Source: Candidatus Latescibacterota bacterium (GTDB lineage Bacteria; Latescibacterota; UBA2968; UBA8231). Taken from it: a DNA stretch of 64,000 bases. This document shows positions 10,026 to 22,763 of the stretch, in pieces. Below the pieces are notes generated by a model. The model was not told the origin of the DNA and ran no database searches. It worked only from the letters and a program-made list of their open reading frames with translations. The first letter of the stretch is position 1, and every line of letters starts with the position of its first letter. The translations under genes and the position numbers were made by a program. The stretch is from contig CBDAOB010000004.1 in assembly GCA_965197905.1 (NCBI GenBank), positions 1,536,001 through 1,600,000 on the forward strand. Reading direction: 5' to 3'.

Positions 10026-11306
10026 ATGTCGAAATTCTCGAGCCTGTTCGTTTTTTCTGTTTTGACTATGGGCGCCGCAATCGAGGCCTTCGCCCGTCCC
10101 GAGCTGTTGGACCGCATCGTTGCAGTCGTTGACGACGAGATCATTCTCTGGTCCGAGCTCAACTTCAGACTGCGAATTACCGCCGAACAGGAAGGCCTCA
10201 GCACGTTCGGTGAATCGGAGCGTTTGACCGCCCTGCGCGAAGAAATTCTCGAGTCGATGATCGACGAGCAGGTCCTGCTGCTGAAAGCGGAGAGGGATAG
10301 TATCGCGGTCGACGAGAGCAAAGTAGATGAGATCCTGCGCGAGCAGTACGGCGCCATCAAGCGGGATTTGGGGAGCGAGGGGTTCAAGACCATGTTGGAC
10401 CGCGCCGGTCTCAGCGAGCGCCAGCTGCGCTCACGTTATCGCAAGGAGATCCGCCACAGCCTGTTGTATCAGGAAATGCTTCGCCACCTGGCCTTCAGGC
10501 TGCACATCACACACAAGGAAATCAAGGCGTTTCGCGCGCACCATGCCCATTCCCTGCCCGAGCGACTCTCCTTCAGCCGGATAAAAGTAAATCTCAAGCC
10601 GGATTCCACGGCGTTGGAGTCGCAGCTGGGCACGCTGGCTACGATCAAAAGGAAGCTGGCCGAGGGAGAAAGCTTCGCATCCCTGGCGCGGCAGTACTCC
10701 GAGGATCCCGGCACCGCCAGCGAAGGCGGAAATTTGGGATGCTTCGGCACCGGACAACTGGTTCCGCCATTCGAGGAGGCGGCGTTTGAGTTGAAACCCG
10801 GAGAAACCAGTGAACCTGTTCTCACCCGGTACGGCTATCATGTCATACAGCTACACGAGAAGCGGGAAGATGCGTTGTGCGCTAGCCACATTTTGCTGCG
10901 TTCATCCATCACCGACCAAGATCGAAAGCGCGCCACAGAACAGCTGCTGACGCTCAGGCAGAGAGCCTCCACCGGTGAGGACTTTGCCCAGTTGGCGCGC
11001 GAACATTCCGAGGAGCCGCAGACCGCCATGCGAGGAGGATTCTGGGAGGTGGTACCCCGGGATCAGCTACCGCCGTTCCTGGCCCCCTATGTGAAGAATC
11101 TGAACCTCGGTGATATCAGCGAACCGTTCTTTCTCGAGGAGGGCGGGTTCATCGTAAAAATAAACGATGATCAGTCCACCCTCGAGTCGTTGATTCGCGA
11201 GGACCGACTTAGCGATAGCATGCGCCAAACCATCGACGAGTTCAAAACCAAGATTCACGTCGACAAACGCCTGAATGAGAGCGCGGCGGGCAATGGCGCG
11301 TCTTGA
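10026..11306 (+). CDS. surA: SurA-like periplasmic chaperone/PPIase
   Basis: LDRIVAVVDDEII SurA N-terminus and two parvulin domains (YSEDPG, GGNLG, YGYHVI). Confidence 0.85.
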   Translation: MSKFSSLFVFSVLTMGAAIEAFARPELLDRIVAVVDDEIILWSELNFRLRITAEQEGLSTFGESERLTALREEILESMIDEQVLLLKAERDSIAVDESKVDEILREQYGAIKRDLGSEGFKTMLDRAGLSERQLRSRYRKEIRHSLLYQEMLRHLAFRLHITHKEIKAFRAHHAHSLPERLSFSRIKVNLKPDSTALESQLGTLATIKRKLAEGESFASLARQYSEDPGTASEGGNLGCFGTGQLVPPFEEAAFELKPGETSEPVLTRYGYHVIQLHEKREDALCASHILLRSSITDQDRKRATEQLLTLRQRASTGEDFAQLAREHSEEPQTAMRGGFWEVVPRDQLPPFLAPYVKNLNLGDISEPFFLEEGGFIVKINDDQSTLESLIREDRLSDSMRQTIDEFKTKIHVDKRLNESAAGNGAS

Positions 11307-11577
11307 CACCTATTTGAAGAATACGGGACTCATCAAGCAGCGCGGTGAGGCGAAACGCGCCTGTAGCAACGGGCAGGTGCAGGTGAACGGCACCCTGGCA
11401 AAACCGGGCCGGGAGGTCCGCGTCGGCGAAGTCATCACCCTGGAAACCGACACCGCTTTCGTCGAGGCGGAGGTCCTGGGTATTCCACAGCGACCCGCAC
11501 CCAAGTCCCAGAGAGAAACCTTCTACCGGATACTTCGACGGGAGGCCCGAGACCCATTGGACGATCTCAGTTTCTAG
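11293..11577 (+). CDS. RNA-binding S4 domain protein (Hsp15/RqcP-like)
   Basis: RLDTYLK-GLIKQR-AK-AC-G-V-VNG-AKPG motif. Confidence 0.85.
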   Translation: MARLDTYLKNTGLIKQRGEAKRACSNGQVQVNGTLAKPGREVRVGEVITLETDTAFVEAEVLGIPQRPAPKSQRETFYRILRREARDPLDDLSF

Positions 11578-11587
11578 ACGGATTCGT

Positions 11588-12352
11588 TTGTCGACACAAA
11601 CGGTTACGCAACCGCCGTACCAGGTACTGGCCGAGATCTACGATCATGTGATGACCCACGTGGACTACCCACGATGGGCTCACTACGTCCATGACCTGAT
11701 CCAACACGACGCGGCCGACACCCGCGCGGTCGTCGATCTGGCGTGTGGAACCGGCAGCTTGACCCTGGAGCTGGACGAGCTGGGATACGAGATGACGGGG
11801 GCCGACCTTTCGGAAGCGATGCTCAATGTGGGCAAGAAGAAGGCGGGGGCGGCTGGCAAAACGATACCGTTTTTGCATCGCGATCTGCGACGACTCAACA
11901 ATATGGGACCCTTTGATGCTGCCATTTGCATGTACGATAGCATTAACTATATAATGGACGCCGCGGGTATCGAGCGCGGTCTACGCAACATCTACGACAT
12001 ACTGCACCCGGAAGGTCTGTTCATTTTCGACGTCTGTACGGAACAGAACTCCTTGCGCTATTTCAGCGATTTGCGGGATGCCGGTCAGGGACCGGGGTAC
12101 ACCTACGATCGCACCAGCAGTTATGACCGTGAGAACCGGCTGCAGTTTAATAATTTTGCCATCCGGTTCTCGGGCGGTGACGTGGTTTGGAAGGAATCGC
12201 ACACCCAGCGAATCTACCGGTTGGACGAAATCGAATCACAGATTCAGTCGAGTGCCTTCGACTTGCTCGATGTCTATTCAGGTTTCACTTTTAACAAAGG
12301 TTCAGAACAGTCGGATCGCGTTCACTTCGTTCTGCGCCGCCCTGCGCGCTGA
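11588..12352 (+). CDS. Class I SAM-dependent methyltransferase
   Basis: DLACGTG, DLSEAML and DSINY motifs. Confidence 0.9.
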   Translation: MSTQTVTQPPYQVLAEIYDHVMTHVDYPRWAHYVHDLIQHDAADTRAVVDLACGTGSLTLELDELGYEMTGADLSEAMLNVGKKKAGAAGKTIPFLHRDLRRLNNMGPFDAAICMYDSINYIMDAAGIERGLRNIYDILHPEGLFIFDVCTEQNSLRYFSDLRDAGQGPGYTYDRTSSYDRENRLQFNNFAIRFSGGDVVWKESHTQRIYRLDEIESQIQSSAFDLLDVYSGFTFNKGSEQSDRVHFVLRRPAR

Positions 12353-12393
12353 GCGCCGCAGGGGCTATTGCAGTTCTCGAGGAGACGTCTCAA

Positions 12394-13350
12394 TTGAATC
12401 TGCCAGAGCTTGAGGCTGCCAGAAATTTCGTCGAAGAAGGCGACAACTTCCTTCTCACATCCCACATCAACAGCGATTGGGACGGACTAGGTGGTTGCAT
12501 CGCGCTCAAGCTTCTGCTCGAGAAGATGGGCAAGAATTCTAAAATCGTGCTGCACGATCTGCCAAACGAGTTCTACCGATTTCTGGACGGCTGGGAGCAT
12601 GTCACGAAGGTGCCCGAAGGCCATGTGGAACCCGCACCCTACGCGGTAGTGCTCGATTCGCCCAACCTGTCTCGCATCGGAGATGTGGCGCGTTGCATCG
12701 GCGAAAACACGCAGATTCTGAACATCGATCACCACAAAGACACAGACCCCTTTGGCACCGTCAACCTCGTATCTACCGATGTGAGCTCGGCGTCCGAATT
12801 CGTTTTTCACCTGGCCATGAAATGCGAGAGGGAGATCGACCCCACCATGGCGGCGCAACTCTACACCGGTATCCTGTTCGATACGGGCGGATTTCGCTAC
12901 TCGCTGACGACACCAGAGACCTTTGAGGTAGCCGCGGCGCTGGTGCGAAAAGGGGCCGAGCTGGACTACATTGCCGACCAGCTGTTCAACAACAAGACCT
13001 TCGACTCCGTCAAACTCATTGGTAAGGCGGTGCAATCGATGGAGCTGCACTTCGACAATCGCGCTGCCGTGTTGGATCTGGCATACGGAGATCTCGGCAG
13101 CGGCGATCCGGAGGATATCGTCAACTACGGCTTGCTGGTGCGGGGGGTGCAGGTAGCCCTGCTGTTGCGCGAGGAAGAGCGCGGCAAATACAGGGTCAGC
13201 CTGCGCTCGCGCGACGAGGTGGACGTTCGGGCTATCGCTTCCCAGTTCGACGGCGGCGGGCACACCAAAGCTTCCGGATGCCGCGTCGAGGGCGATCTGA
13301 CAACGGTCAAAGACAAGCTGCTCGAAGCTGTAAAAGCGGCGCTGCCCTGA
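12394..13350 (+). CDS. nrnA: DHH/DHHA1 phosphoesterase (nanoRNase/pAp phosphatase)
   Basis: HINSDWD, NIDHH, DTGGF, SLRS and GGGH motifs. Confidence 0.85.
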   Translation: MNLPELEAARNFVEEGDNFLLTSHINSDWDGLGGCIALKLLLEKMGKNSKIVLHDLPNEFYRFLDGWEHVTKVPEGHVEPAPYAVVLDSPNLSRIGDVARCIGENTQILNIDHHKDTDPFGTVNLVSTDVSSASEFVFHLAMKCEREIDPTMAAQLYTGILFDTGGFRYSLTTPETFEVAAALVRKGAELDYIADQLFNNKTFDSVKLIGKAVQSMELHFDNRAAVLDLAYGDLGSGDPEDIVNYGLLVRGVQVALLLREEERGKYRVSLRSRDEVDVRAIASQFDGGGHTKASGCRVEGDLTTVKDKLLEAVKAALP

Positions 13351-13363
13351 GTGGAGACGGTTC

Positions 13364-14290
13364 TTGCATCTGGTGACCCTGAAAGACTGGACCTCCGAAG
13401 AGGTGGCGCAGGTCCTCGAAGTGGCGCTGTCGGTAAAACGCAGCCCGGGCGACTTCGCCCAAGCCTTGCGCGGGCAAACCTTGGCGCTGCTCTTTCAGAA
13501 GACATCGACCCGAACCCGCTGCTCCGGTGAGGTGGGCGTCACCCAGATGGGCGGTCATGCCATCTACTTGGACTGGCGTGCGACCAATTTTGGGCTGGCC
13601 GACCTGGGAGACGAAATCCGCGTTCTTTCGGGATACGCCGATCAGGTCCTGGTGCGATTTCTTCAACACGCCGACGTTGTGCGCGCGGCCGAGGTCTCCA
13701 CCGCGCCGGTGATGAACGGGTGTTGCGACCGCTACCATCCGCTGCAAGCGCTGGCCGACCTGATGACCATTCAGGAACTGTTTGGACACCTCGATGGGGT
13801 GCGCCTGACCTATGTCGGTGTCCTGAACAACGTGTGCAACTCGTTGATCGCGGCAGCGCTGAAAACGGGGCTTCGGGTGTGTGTGGTAGCCCCTGAAAGC
13901 AATCCCGCCGCCGTCGATGCGGAGCTATACGAAGCGGCGGAGCAGGGTGGACTCTACCACCGCGAAGACGATTTTGCGCTGGCCTTGCGAAGTTCCGACA
14001 TAGTCTACACCGACACTTGGATCGACATGGAGTACTTTACCGACCCCACCTTCGCCGCCGAGAAGGAACGCCGCAGCAAGCTGTTCGAACCGTACCGGGT
14101 TACGCGCCAAGTTCTGCAGGGGCTCGACCTGCGGATCATGCACTGCCTACCGGCGCATCGGGGATACGAAATCGAAGGAGAGTTGTTGGATGATCCCCGG
14201 TCGGTAGTGTTTCAGCAAGCCGAGAATCGTCTGCACAGTCAGAAAGCGGTCATGCTCAAGTTGGCCGAAAAACGGGCGCCGCCATCTTGA
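13364..14290 (+). CDS. argF: Ornithine carbamoyltransferase
   Basis: STRTR, HPLQALAD, DTWIDM, HCLPAHRG and QAENR motifs. Confidence 0.88.
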   Translation: MHLVTLKDWTSEEVAQVLEVALSVKRSPGDFAQALRGQTLALLFQKTSTRTRCSGEVGVTQMGGHAIYLDWRATNFGLADLGDEIRVLSGYADQVLVRFLQHADVVRAAEVSTAPVMNGCCDRYHPLQALADLMTIQELFGHLDGVRLTYVGVLNNVCNSLIAAALKTGLRVCVVAPESNPAAVDAELYEAAEQGGLYHREDDFALALRSSDIVYTDTWIDMEYFTDPTFAAEKERRSKLFEPYRVTRQVLQGLDLRIMHCLPAHRGYEIEGELLDDPRSVVFQQAENRLHSQKAVMLKLAEKRAPPS

Positions 14291-15057
14291 ACATGCCCCG
14301 CTGGTTTCTTGCCCTGGCAGCCGTCGTGTTGTTCGCGCACAGCCTCGAATCCGAGGTTGCGGTCGAGGCGGGCAGCGCCGACACAGCGGATACCGAGATG
14401 GCCATCGCGCCGCGCTTTGTTCCCTCGAAATACCGCATCGTGCGAGTCCAGATGCTGCCGGCTCCGATGGATGCCCAGAGCGCCACCAGTCGCGGGCGCT
14501 TCCTCGTCAACTTCGGCAGCCGCGATGGCGTGCAAAAGGGCAGCATCTTTCAAGTCCATAACCTCAGGGAACTTATCGCTTTGGTGCGCGTACATCAGGT
14601 ATGGCGCGACAGCGCCGCCGTACAGCTGGTCAACCTGATCCGGAAACCGGAGCCGAATAACCCTCGCCCGCTGAAAAAAGGGTACCATCTGGAACCCAAG
14701 TTCGTGCTGCTCGAGACGGTTTTCTTCGAGCAGGGCAAACCGGTGTTTTCACCCGAGATGCACGAACAGCTGCATTATGCTTCGCGGTTTATTCGTTCCT
14801 ACCCCGATTTCCCACTGGTGCTGGAAGGGCACACCGACGATCGCGGACCGAAAACGGACAACGCCAAACTCTCGGTACAGCGGGCGGCCACGGTGATGAC
14901 CTATTTGAAGGAAGTGCACCATATTCCGGCGGCGCAGATGCAACTGCGGGGGTTGGGTGAAGCCCACCCTATAGCCACCAATTCCACCGAAGAAGGCCGC
15001 CAGATAAACCGCAGGGTCGATATTATCCTGATGGAAAAAACGGTCGAGGGTAGCTAG
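14287..15057 (+). CDS. Secreted OmpA-like peptidoglycan-binding protein with N-terminal small beta-barrel domain
   Basis: Signal peptide; EGHTD, LS-RA, GEAHPI and NRRV motifs. Confidence 0.85.
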   Translation: MNMPRWFLALAAVVLFAHSLESEVAVEAGSADTADTEMAIAPRFVPSKYRIVRVQMLPAPMDAQSATSRGRFLVNFGSRDGVQKGSIFQVHNLRELIALVRVHQVWRDSAAVQLVNLIRKPEPNNPRPLKKGYHLEPKFVLLETVFFEQGKPVFSPEMHEQLHYASRFIRSYPDFPLVLEGHTDDRGPKTDNAKLSVQRAATVMTYLKEVHHIPAAQMQLRGLGEAHPIATNSTEEGRQINRRVDIILMEKTVEGS

Positions 15058-15070
15058 GGACTACGAGCGA

Positions 15071-15553
15071 TCAGCGATCGGGGCTCCGAACGTAGCTGCC
15101 GCTGGTCCCTCCCTGCTTCTCAACCAGACGCAGGTTCGAGATCACCATGCCTCGATCCACCGCCTTGCACATATCGTAGATAGTCAGCAGGGCCACGGCT
15201 GCAGCCGTGAGCGCCTCCATTTCGACGCCGGTGCGGTCTTCTATGCGGGCTTCCGCTTCGACCACTACCCGGTCTTTTCCCAGCTCGAACGTCACATCCA
15301 CTGCCGTCACGTTCAACGGATGGCACAGCGGGATCAGATCTCCGGTGCGTTTCGCCGCCATGATAGCCGCCAGACGCGCGGCTTCCAACACGTTTCCCTT
15401 GGTGATCTTGTTCTCGGTGATCAGGAGGGCGGTTTCGGGACGCATGTTGATTTCGCCGCACACGCGGGCGGAACGACGACTCACACTTTTGTCCCCCACG
15501 TCCACCATGCGCAGGCGGCCGTCCGCGTCCACATGGGTCAATTCGTCGGGCAT
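15071..15553 (-). CDS. moaC: Cyclic pyranopterin monophosphate synthase MoaC
   Basis: LTHVD-MVDV, LIPLCHP, TGVEMEAL, IYDMCKAVD and KQGG motifs. Confidence 0.96.
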   Translation of the reverse strand: MPDELTHVDADGRLRMVDVGDKSVSRRSARVCGEINMRPETALLITENKITKGNVLEAARLAAIMAAKRTGDLIPLCHPLNVTAVDVTFELGKDRVVVEAEARIEDRTGVEMEALTAAAVALLTIYDMCKAVDRGMVISNLRLVEKQGGTSGSYVRSPDR

Positions 15554-16806
15554 CACATGTTGTCGACGATCGCGTCCGCGAACTCCGAACACTTGACTTC
15601 CCGGGCACCTTGCATCAAGCGAGCGAAGTCGTAGGTAACGACCTTTGCCGCAATCGTGCGTTCGAGGCCGGCGACGATCAAGTCGGCCGCTTCCGTCCAA
15701 CCGAGATGGCGCAGCATCATATCGCCCGAGAGGATCAACGAGCCCGGATTGACCTTGTCCTGGCCGGTGTATTTGGGCGCGGTCCCGTGGGTGGCTTCAA
15801 AGATTGCGTGTCCTGTTTCATAGTTGATGTTGCCGCCGGGGGCGATGCCGATGCCCCCGACACACGCAGCCAGAGCGTCGCTGACGTAGTCGCCGTTGAG
15901 GTTCAACGTAGCAATGACGGAATACTCCGCCGGTCGGGTCAAAATCTGCTGCAGGAAGGCGTCGGCGATCACATCCTTGACCACCAGCGACTGCCCGTTG
16001 GCGGTCACTTGGGTCCAAGGTCCGCCGTCGATCTCCGCGCCCCCGAAGCGTTCTTTCGCCACCCTATATCCCCAATCGCGGAAACCGCCCTCGGTGAACT
16101 TCATGATGTTGCCTTTGTGAACCAGGGTTACGCTGTCCCGTTTCTGGGCGATTGCGTAGTCGATGGCCGCCTTGACGAGTCGGCCAGTGCCTTCCGCCGA
16201 TACTGGTTTGATGCCGAACCCGGCAGTGTCAGGGAAGCGAACCTTGGCGTAGTGATCTGGAAAATGTTCGGCCAGCAGGGACTTGAACGTGGCGTTGTCC
16301 TCGCTTCCTTGCTCAAACTCGATGCCGGCGTAAATGTCCTCGGTATTCTCCCGAAAAATCACCATGTCGACCAATTCGGGCCGGGTAACCGGTGACGGCA
16401 CACCCTGGAAATAGCGGACTGGTCGCAGGCAGACGTAAAGATCGAGCACCTGCCTCAGCGCCACATTGAGGCTGCGGATGCCACCGCCGACGGGGGTCGT
16501 AAGCGGCCCTTTGATCCCCACCAGATACTCGCGAAACGCATCGACGGTTGCATCGGGAAGCCAGTTCTCGAGAGCGTCGAATGCCTTGCCTCCGGCCAGC
16601 ACCTCCGTCCAGGCGATACTGCGGCCGCCCCCGTAGGCTTTGGACACCGCGGCATCGAAAACTCGGGAAGCCGCCGCCCAGATGTCGGGTCCGGTGCCGT
16701 CACCCTCGATAAATGGAATAATCGGCCGGTCGGGGACCTTGAGCCCGTCGTTCTTCAGTTCGATTTTCTGGCCATCTTTGGGGACGGCCGGTCGCCACTC
16801 ACTCAT
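15553..16806 (-). CDS. icd: Isocitrate dehydrogenase (NADP-type)
   Basis: [34 protein letters not shown] and [10 protein letters not shown] motifs. Confidence 0.97.
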   Translation of the reverse strand: MSEWRPAVPKDGQKIELKNDGLKVPDRPIIPFIEGDGTGPDIWAAASRVFDAAVSKAYGGGRSIAWTEVLAGGKAFDALENWLPDATVDAFREYLVGIKGPLTTPVGGGIRSLNVALRQVLDLYVCLRPVRYFQGVPSPVTRPELVDMVIFRENTEDIYAGIEFEQGSEDNATFKSLLAEHFPDHYAKVRFPDTAGFGIKPVSAEGTGRLVKAAIDYAIAQKRDSVTLVHKGNIMKFTEGGFRDWGYRVAKERFGGAEIDGGPWTQVTANGQSLVVKDVIADAFLQQILTRPAEYSVIATLNLNGDYVSDALAACVGGIGIAPGGNINYETGHAIFEATHGTAPKYTGQDKVNPGSLILSGDMMLRHLGWTEAADLIVAGLERTIAAKVVTYDFARLMQGAREVKCSEFADAIVDNM

Positions 16807-17024
16807 ACATTCTCCTGAAAATGCCCGATTCCGGTGTCCCTTCAGGCTCCAAAAAGCGAAAGCAACAGACCTCTAACTCATTGTCGAACAAAGATTTTAA
16901 AGTAATCATAAGCCGGTTCTGCAGCAAGACTTCGGGGCCTCGCCGCGGCCTCAATACACTCGCCGCTAGCGGCAAATTCCCGGCTGGGATTGCAACCCGG
17001 ACTGACGCCAGAATGGGCGCACTC

Positions 17025-17053
17025 TTGCGCCCCCAGAAGCTTCAAGCTATATT
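17025..17053 (+). promoter_or_regulatory. Sigma70-like promoter of groEL
   Basis: TTGCGC, 17-bp spacer, TATATT, just upstream of the CIRCE element. Confidence 0.55.
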
Positions 17054-17073
17054 AGCAAACTCGATTAGAAATT

Positions 17074-17100
17074 TTAGCACTCTCGGCAGGAGAGTGCTAA
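17074..17100. promoter_or_regulatory. CIRCE element (HrcA operator)
   Basis: Perfect TTAGCACTC-N9-GAGTGCTAA upstream of groEL. Confidence 0.97.
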
Positions 17101-18831
<1,731 letters not shown>

Positions 18832-18852
18832 AATCAGTCGCCAGACTACAGC

Positions 18853-18890
18853 AAAGCGGCTCTCTGACATGGCAGGGGGCCGCTTTTATT
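18853..18890. terminator. Intrinsic terminator after groEL, probably bidirectional
   Basis: AAAGCGGCTCTCTG...CAGGGGGCCGCTTT hairpin with T-tail between convergent genes. Confidence 0.8.
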
Positions 18891-18938
18891 TGTTGGGACG
18901 ATGGATGCGAGTGGTACTGTTGGGTGGGACCGGACGGC

Positions 18939-19274
18939 CTACTCCTCGGTCGCGGCTTCCTGAAAAACGGCGCCCTCTTCGATGACCAGGCGAGGGGTCT
19001 CCAGCTTACCGCAAAACTGAGATCTGGGACCGATGGAAACTTCCTTGGTCGCTCTCAGCATGCCCGCAACGCGCCCGTCGATGATGGCTTCCTCGACCTC
19101 TATGACATCGGCCTGAACCTCCCCTTCCAAACCCACCACTAAAGCCCGCTCGATAGCCAGACGATCGCCACGGAGCACTCCATCGACCCAGACATTGTGT
19201 TTGATATCCAGAGTACCGCTCAGTACAGAGCCGCGGCCGATTACCGTATCGCGCGAGTCGCGTTGGGGTCGCAT
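18939..19274 (-). CDS. Bactofilin (polymer-forming cytoskeletal protein)
   Basis: TVIG-GS-LSG, VDG-L-G, IIDG-VAG and LVIEEGAVF beta-helix pattern. Confidence 0.9.
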   Translation of the reverse strand: MRPQRDSRDTVIGRGSVLSGTLDIKHNVWVDGVLRGDRLAIERALVVGLEGEVQADVIEVEEAIIDGRVAGMLRATKEVSIGPRSQFCGKLETPRLVIEEGAVFQEAATEE

Positions 19275-19283
19275 GGATCACTC

Positions 19284-20033
19284 TCAGAGCCAGAGCCGAA
19301 ACTTCAACGGATCGCGAGCTATGCCGTTTTCACGCACGGCGTAATACAGTCCGGACACCCAGGCTTTACCGCTCTTGCCTGACAATGCTACCGCTTGCCC
19401 TTTCTGCACCGCCTCGTTGACATCTACAAGGACTCGATTGTTGTAGCCATAAACGGATTGAATGCCGCTGCCATGATCGACAACGACCAAGTGTCCCAGC
19501 TCCTCGTCGAAGCGATTCTGAACGACTTTGCCGGCGGCGCTGGCGCGCACCAGCGCTCGTTCCCTTGCGGCGATGAGCACACCCCCGAACTCCGGGTTGA
19601 AGTGGTGCACAACGGTGCCGTTGATGGGCCACAGGGACGGAACCGAGCCGATGTTGCCCCACTCTAAACGTTCGATCGAGGAGACGTATTCGTCACCCGA
19701 TGGCCGGGGAGCGATGGCGCCGATGCTGGGCGACTCCCCCAAGATGGAGCGGAGCTGTCGATTGCTCTTCTCCAGGTCGAGCAGCGTGGATTCCAGTTGT
19801 TTGATCTGGCCGATCTCTTGCTCGAACACAGCCTTTTCTCGCTTCAGAAGGATCACCGAGTTCGCCAAATCGTTGGCGCGGTCGTAAGAGACAAACCCTA
19901 GACCGAGAAGGAATACAACACCGAGGCCGAGCAGCCCAAAAAAGGCCAAGGCAAGACGCGGAAGCTTGAACTCCAACGTCTTGCTTCCCTCTTCGGGGAT
20001 GATGAGCAAGGTGATGCGGCCACCTTTCAACAT
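19284..20033 (-). CDS. M23/LytM-domain protein with TM and coiled coil; zinc ligands degenerate
   Basis: PSLWPING, V-A-AAGKV, VDHGSG, VQKGQ and RDP motifs; HxxxD and HxH are absent. Confidence 0.85.
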   Translation of the reverse strand: MLKGGRITLLIIPEEGSKTLEFKLPRLALAFFGLLGLGVVFLLGLGFVSYDRANDLANSVILLKREKAVFEQEIGQIKQLESTLLDLEKSNRQLRSILGESPSIGAIAPRPSGDEYVSSIERLEWGNIGSVPSLWPINGTVVHHFNPEFGGVLIAARERALVRASAAGKVVQNRFDEELGHLVVVDHGSGIQSVYGYNNRVLVDVNEAVQKGQAVALSGKSGKAWVSGLYYAVRENGIARDPLKFRLWL

Positions 20034-20108
20034 GCCCGCTTCGCCCCCTCACTCATGTTGCAGCCTCGAAACTCGAGCGGTCGTGTGGTGTTGTGGTCGA
20101 ATGCGCCC

Positions 20109-20414
20109 TCACCCGCGCATGTCGAGGAGGACTCCGAGCATCTCGTCCTGCGTTTGGGCGGCGCGGACGTTGGCGGTGAAGTGATGCCCGGCCAGAATCT
20201 GCTCAACGGACTCGTCAACAACGCTGATATCCCGGTCGCTCGCCGAATGGCGCGATCGCACCCCGCCTCCGGGAACCTCTTCCGCCTGGACGTGGGCCCT
20301 GGCGGCATCCTCGATGGTGAGATTGGCCGTATTGTGAGCTGAAGCGTTCAGCCGCTTCTCGTTGAAGGCCAATCCCGAAGAGCTTATGGACAATCCATGA
20401 ATCAAATTTCCCAC
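20109..20414 (-). CDS. Small flagellar basal-body rod-like protein (FlgC-like N and C termini)
   Basis: SGL-RLNASAHNTAN and ANVRAAQTQDEMLG-LLD motifs. Confidence 0.7.
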   Translation of the reverse strand: MGNLIHGLSISSSGLAFNEKRLNASAHNTANLTIEDAARAHVQAEEVPGGGVRSRHSASDRDISVVDESVEQILAGHHFTANVRAAQTQDEMLGVLLDMRG

Positions 20415-20471
20415 CTTCTACTATCTAAATTATCGGTAACTGGCAATAATTTCGGCAGCTCCGCACGAATG

Positions 20472-21095
20472 TCAAGCCGACTCGCCGGGCTCCGCGCCAA
20501 ACTCGCGCCGGTCCAGCTCATTCTGTACTACTGCAATACACTGGGAGGCGAAGAGGGTTCGTGGTCCGACGCTCAGCGCCGACGCGCCCAACCTCTCCAG
20601 GTGTTTCTCGGACTTCTTGGGCATCGACATGTGGTCGCTGAATACAAACACGGCCGCCGAATCGAGCGGGGCCGAGCGAATGTCGCCCCCCCGCCTGTTC
20701 ATGTAGAAACAGGGCCCCTTTTGACATTTCTCCTTGACCAGTTGCTCGAAACTCAGCTTGGCGACGAAGAGTCCCTCGTCGACGGCCAGCTCCTCGCCGA
20801 GCAGTAGGCGACGTCCGGCCTTCAAAGCCCGTTGCACTACAGTCCCGATCGAACGCTCCGTGTGTCCGTCGAGGGAGCAAAGGCGGTCACTCTCGAAGCG
20901 CACGGTCTTGGGGGGCGCCGAAGGCCCCTCGAAAACGATGTGGATAGCGGTCAGGGGGCGAATGTTTCCCGAGTAGAACAACGCGTTGACGATGCACGAG
21001 GTGAGAATCTCGAAATGTCCTTTGGCGGCCAGTTCGTCAAGAGAGCAGTCGGCAGTGGAGCGACCCTTTCGCGATCTCAGTATGAACTCGGGCAT
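20472..21095 (-). CDS. trmY: TrmY-family SPOUT methyltransferase (tRNA pseudouridine-54 N1-methyltransferase-like)
   Basis: NALFYS-IR, EGP-PPKT, ERS, FSDH and SVGP-LFASQCI-V-NELD motifs. Confidence 0.8.
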   Translation of the reverse strand: MPEFILRSRKGRSTADCSLDELAAKGHFEILTSCIVNALFYSGNIRPLTAIHIVFEGPSAPPKTVRFESDRLCSLDGHTERSIGTVVQRALKAGRRLLLGEELAVDEGLFVAKLSFEQLVKEKCQKGPCFYMNRRGGDIRSAPLDSAAVFVFSDHMSMPKKSEKHLERLGASALSVGPRTLFASQCIAVVQNELDRREFGAEPGESA

Positions 21096-21284
21096 GAGAA
21101 AGCTGAAGATACTGCGGCTGGCGCCGCGAACAACCCAGATAGCAGGTGTGTGGACGCCTCCGAGGCACGTTTTGTTGACAGCCGTCCGCGTATTACTTCT
21201 GTATGATGGTTGGCAAACTTGTGGACGGCTGAAGTGACGAATCGGATTAAACACTGCGGAAACATAGCCCTGCTATGGCACCGC

Positions 21285-22749
<1,465 letters not shown>

Positions 22750-22763
22750 TGCAAAGGAGGGAC

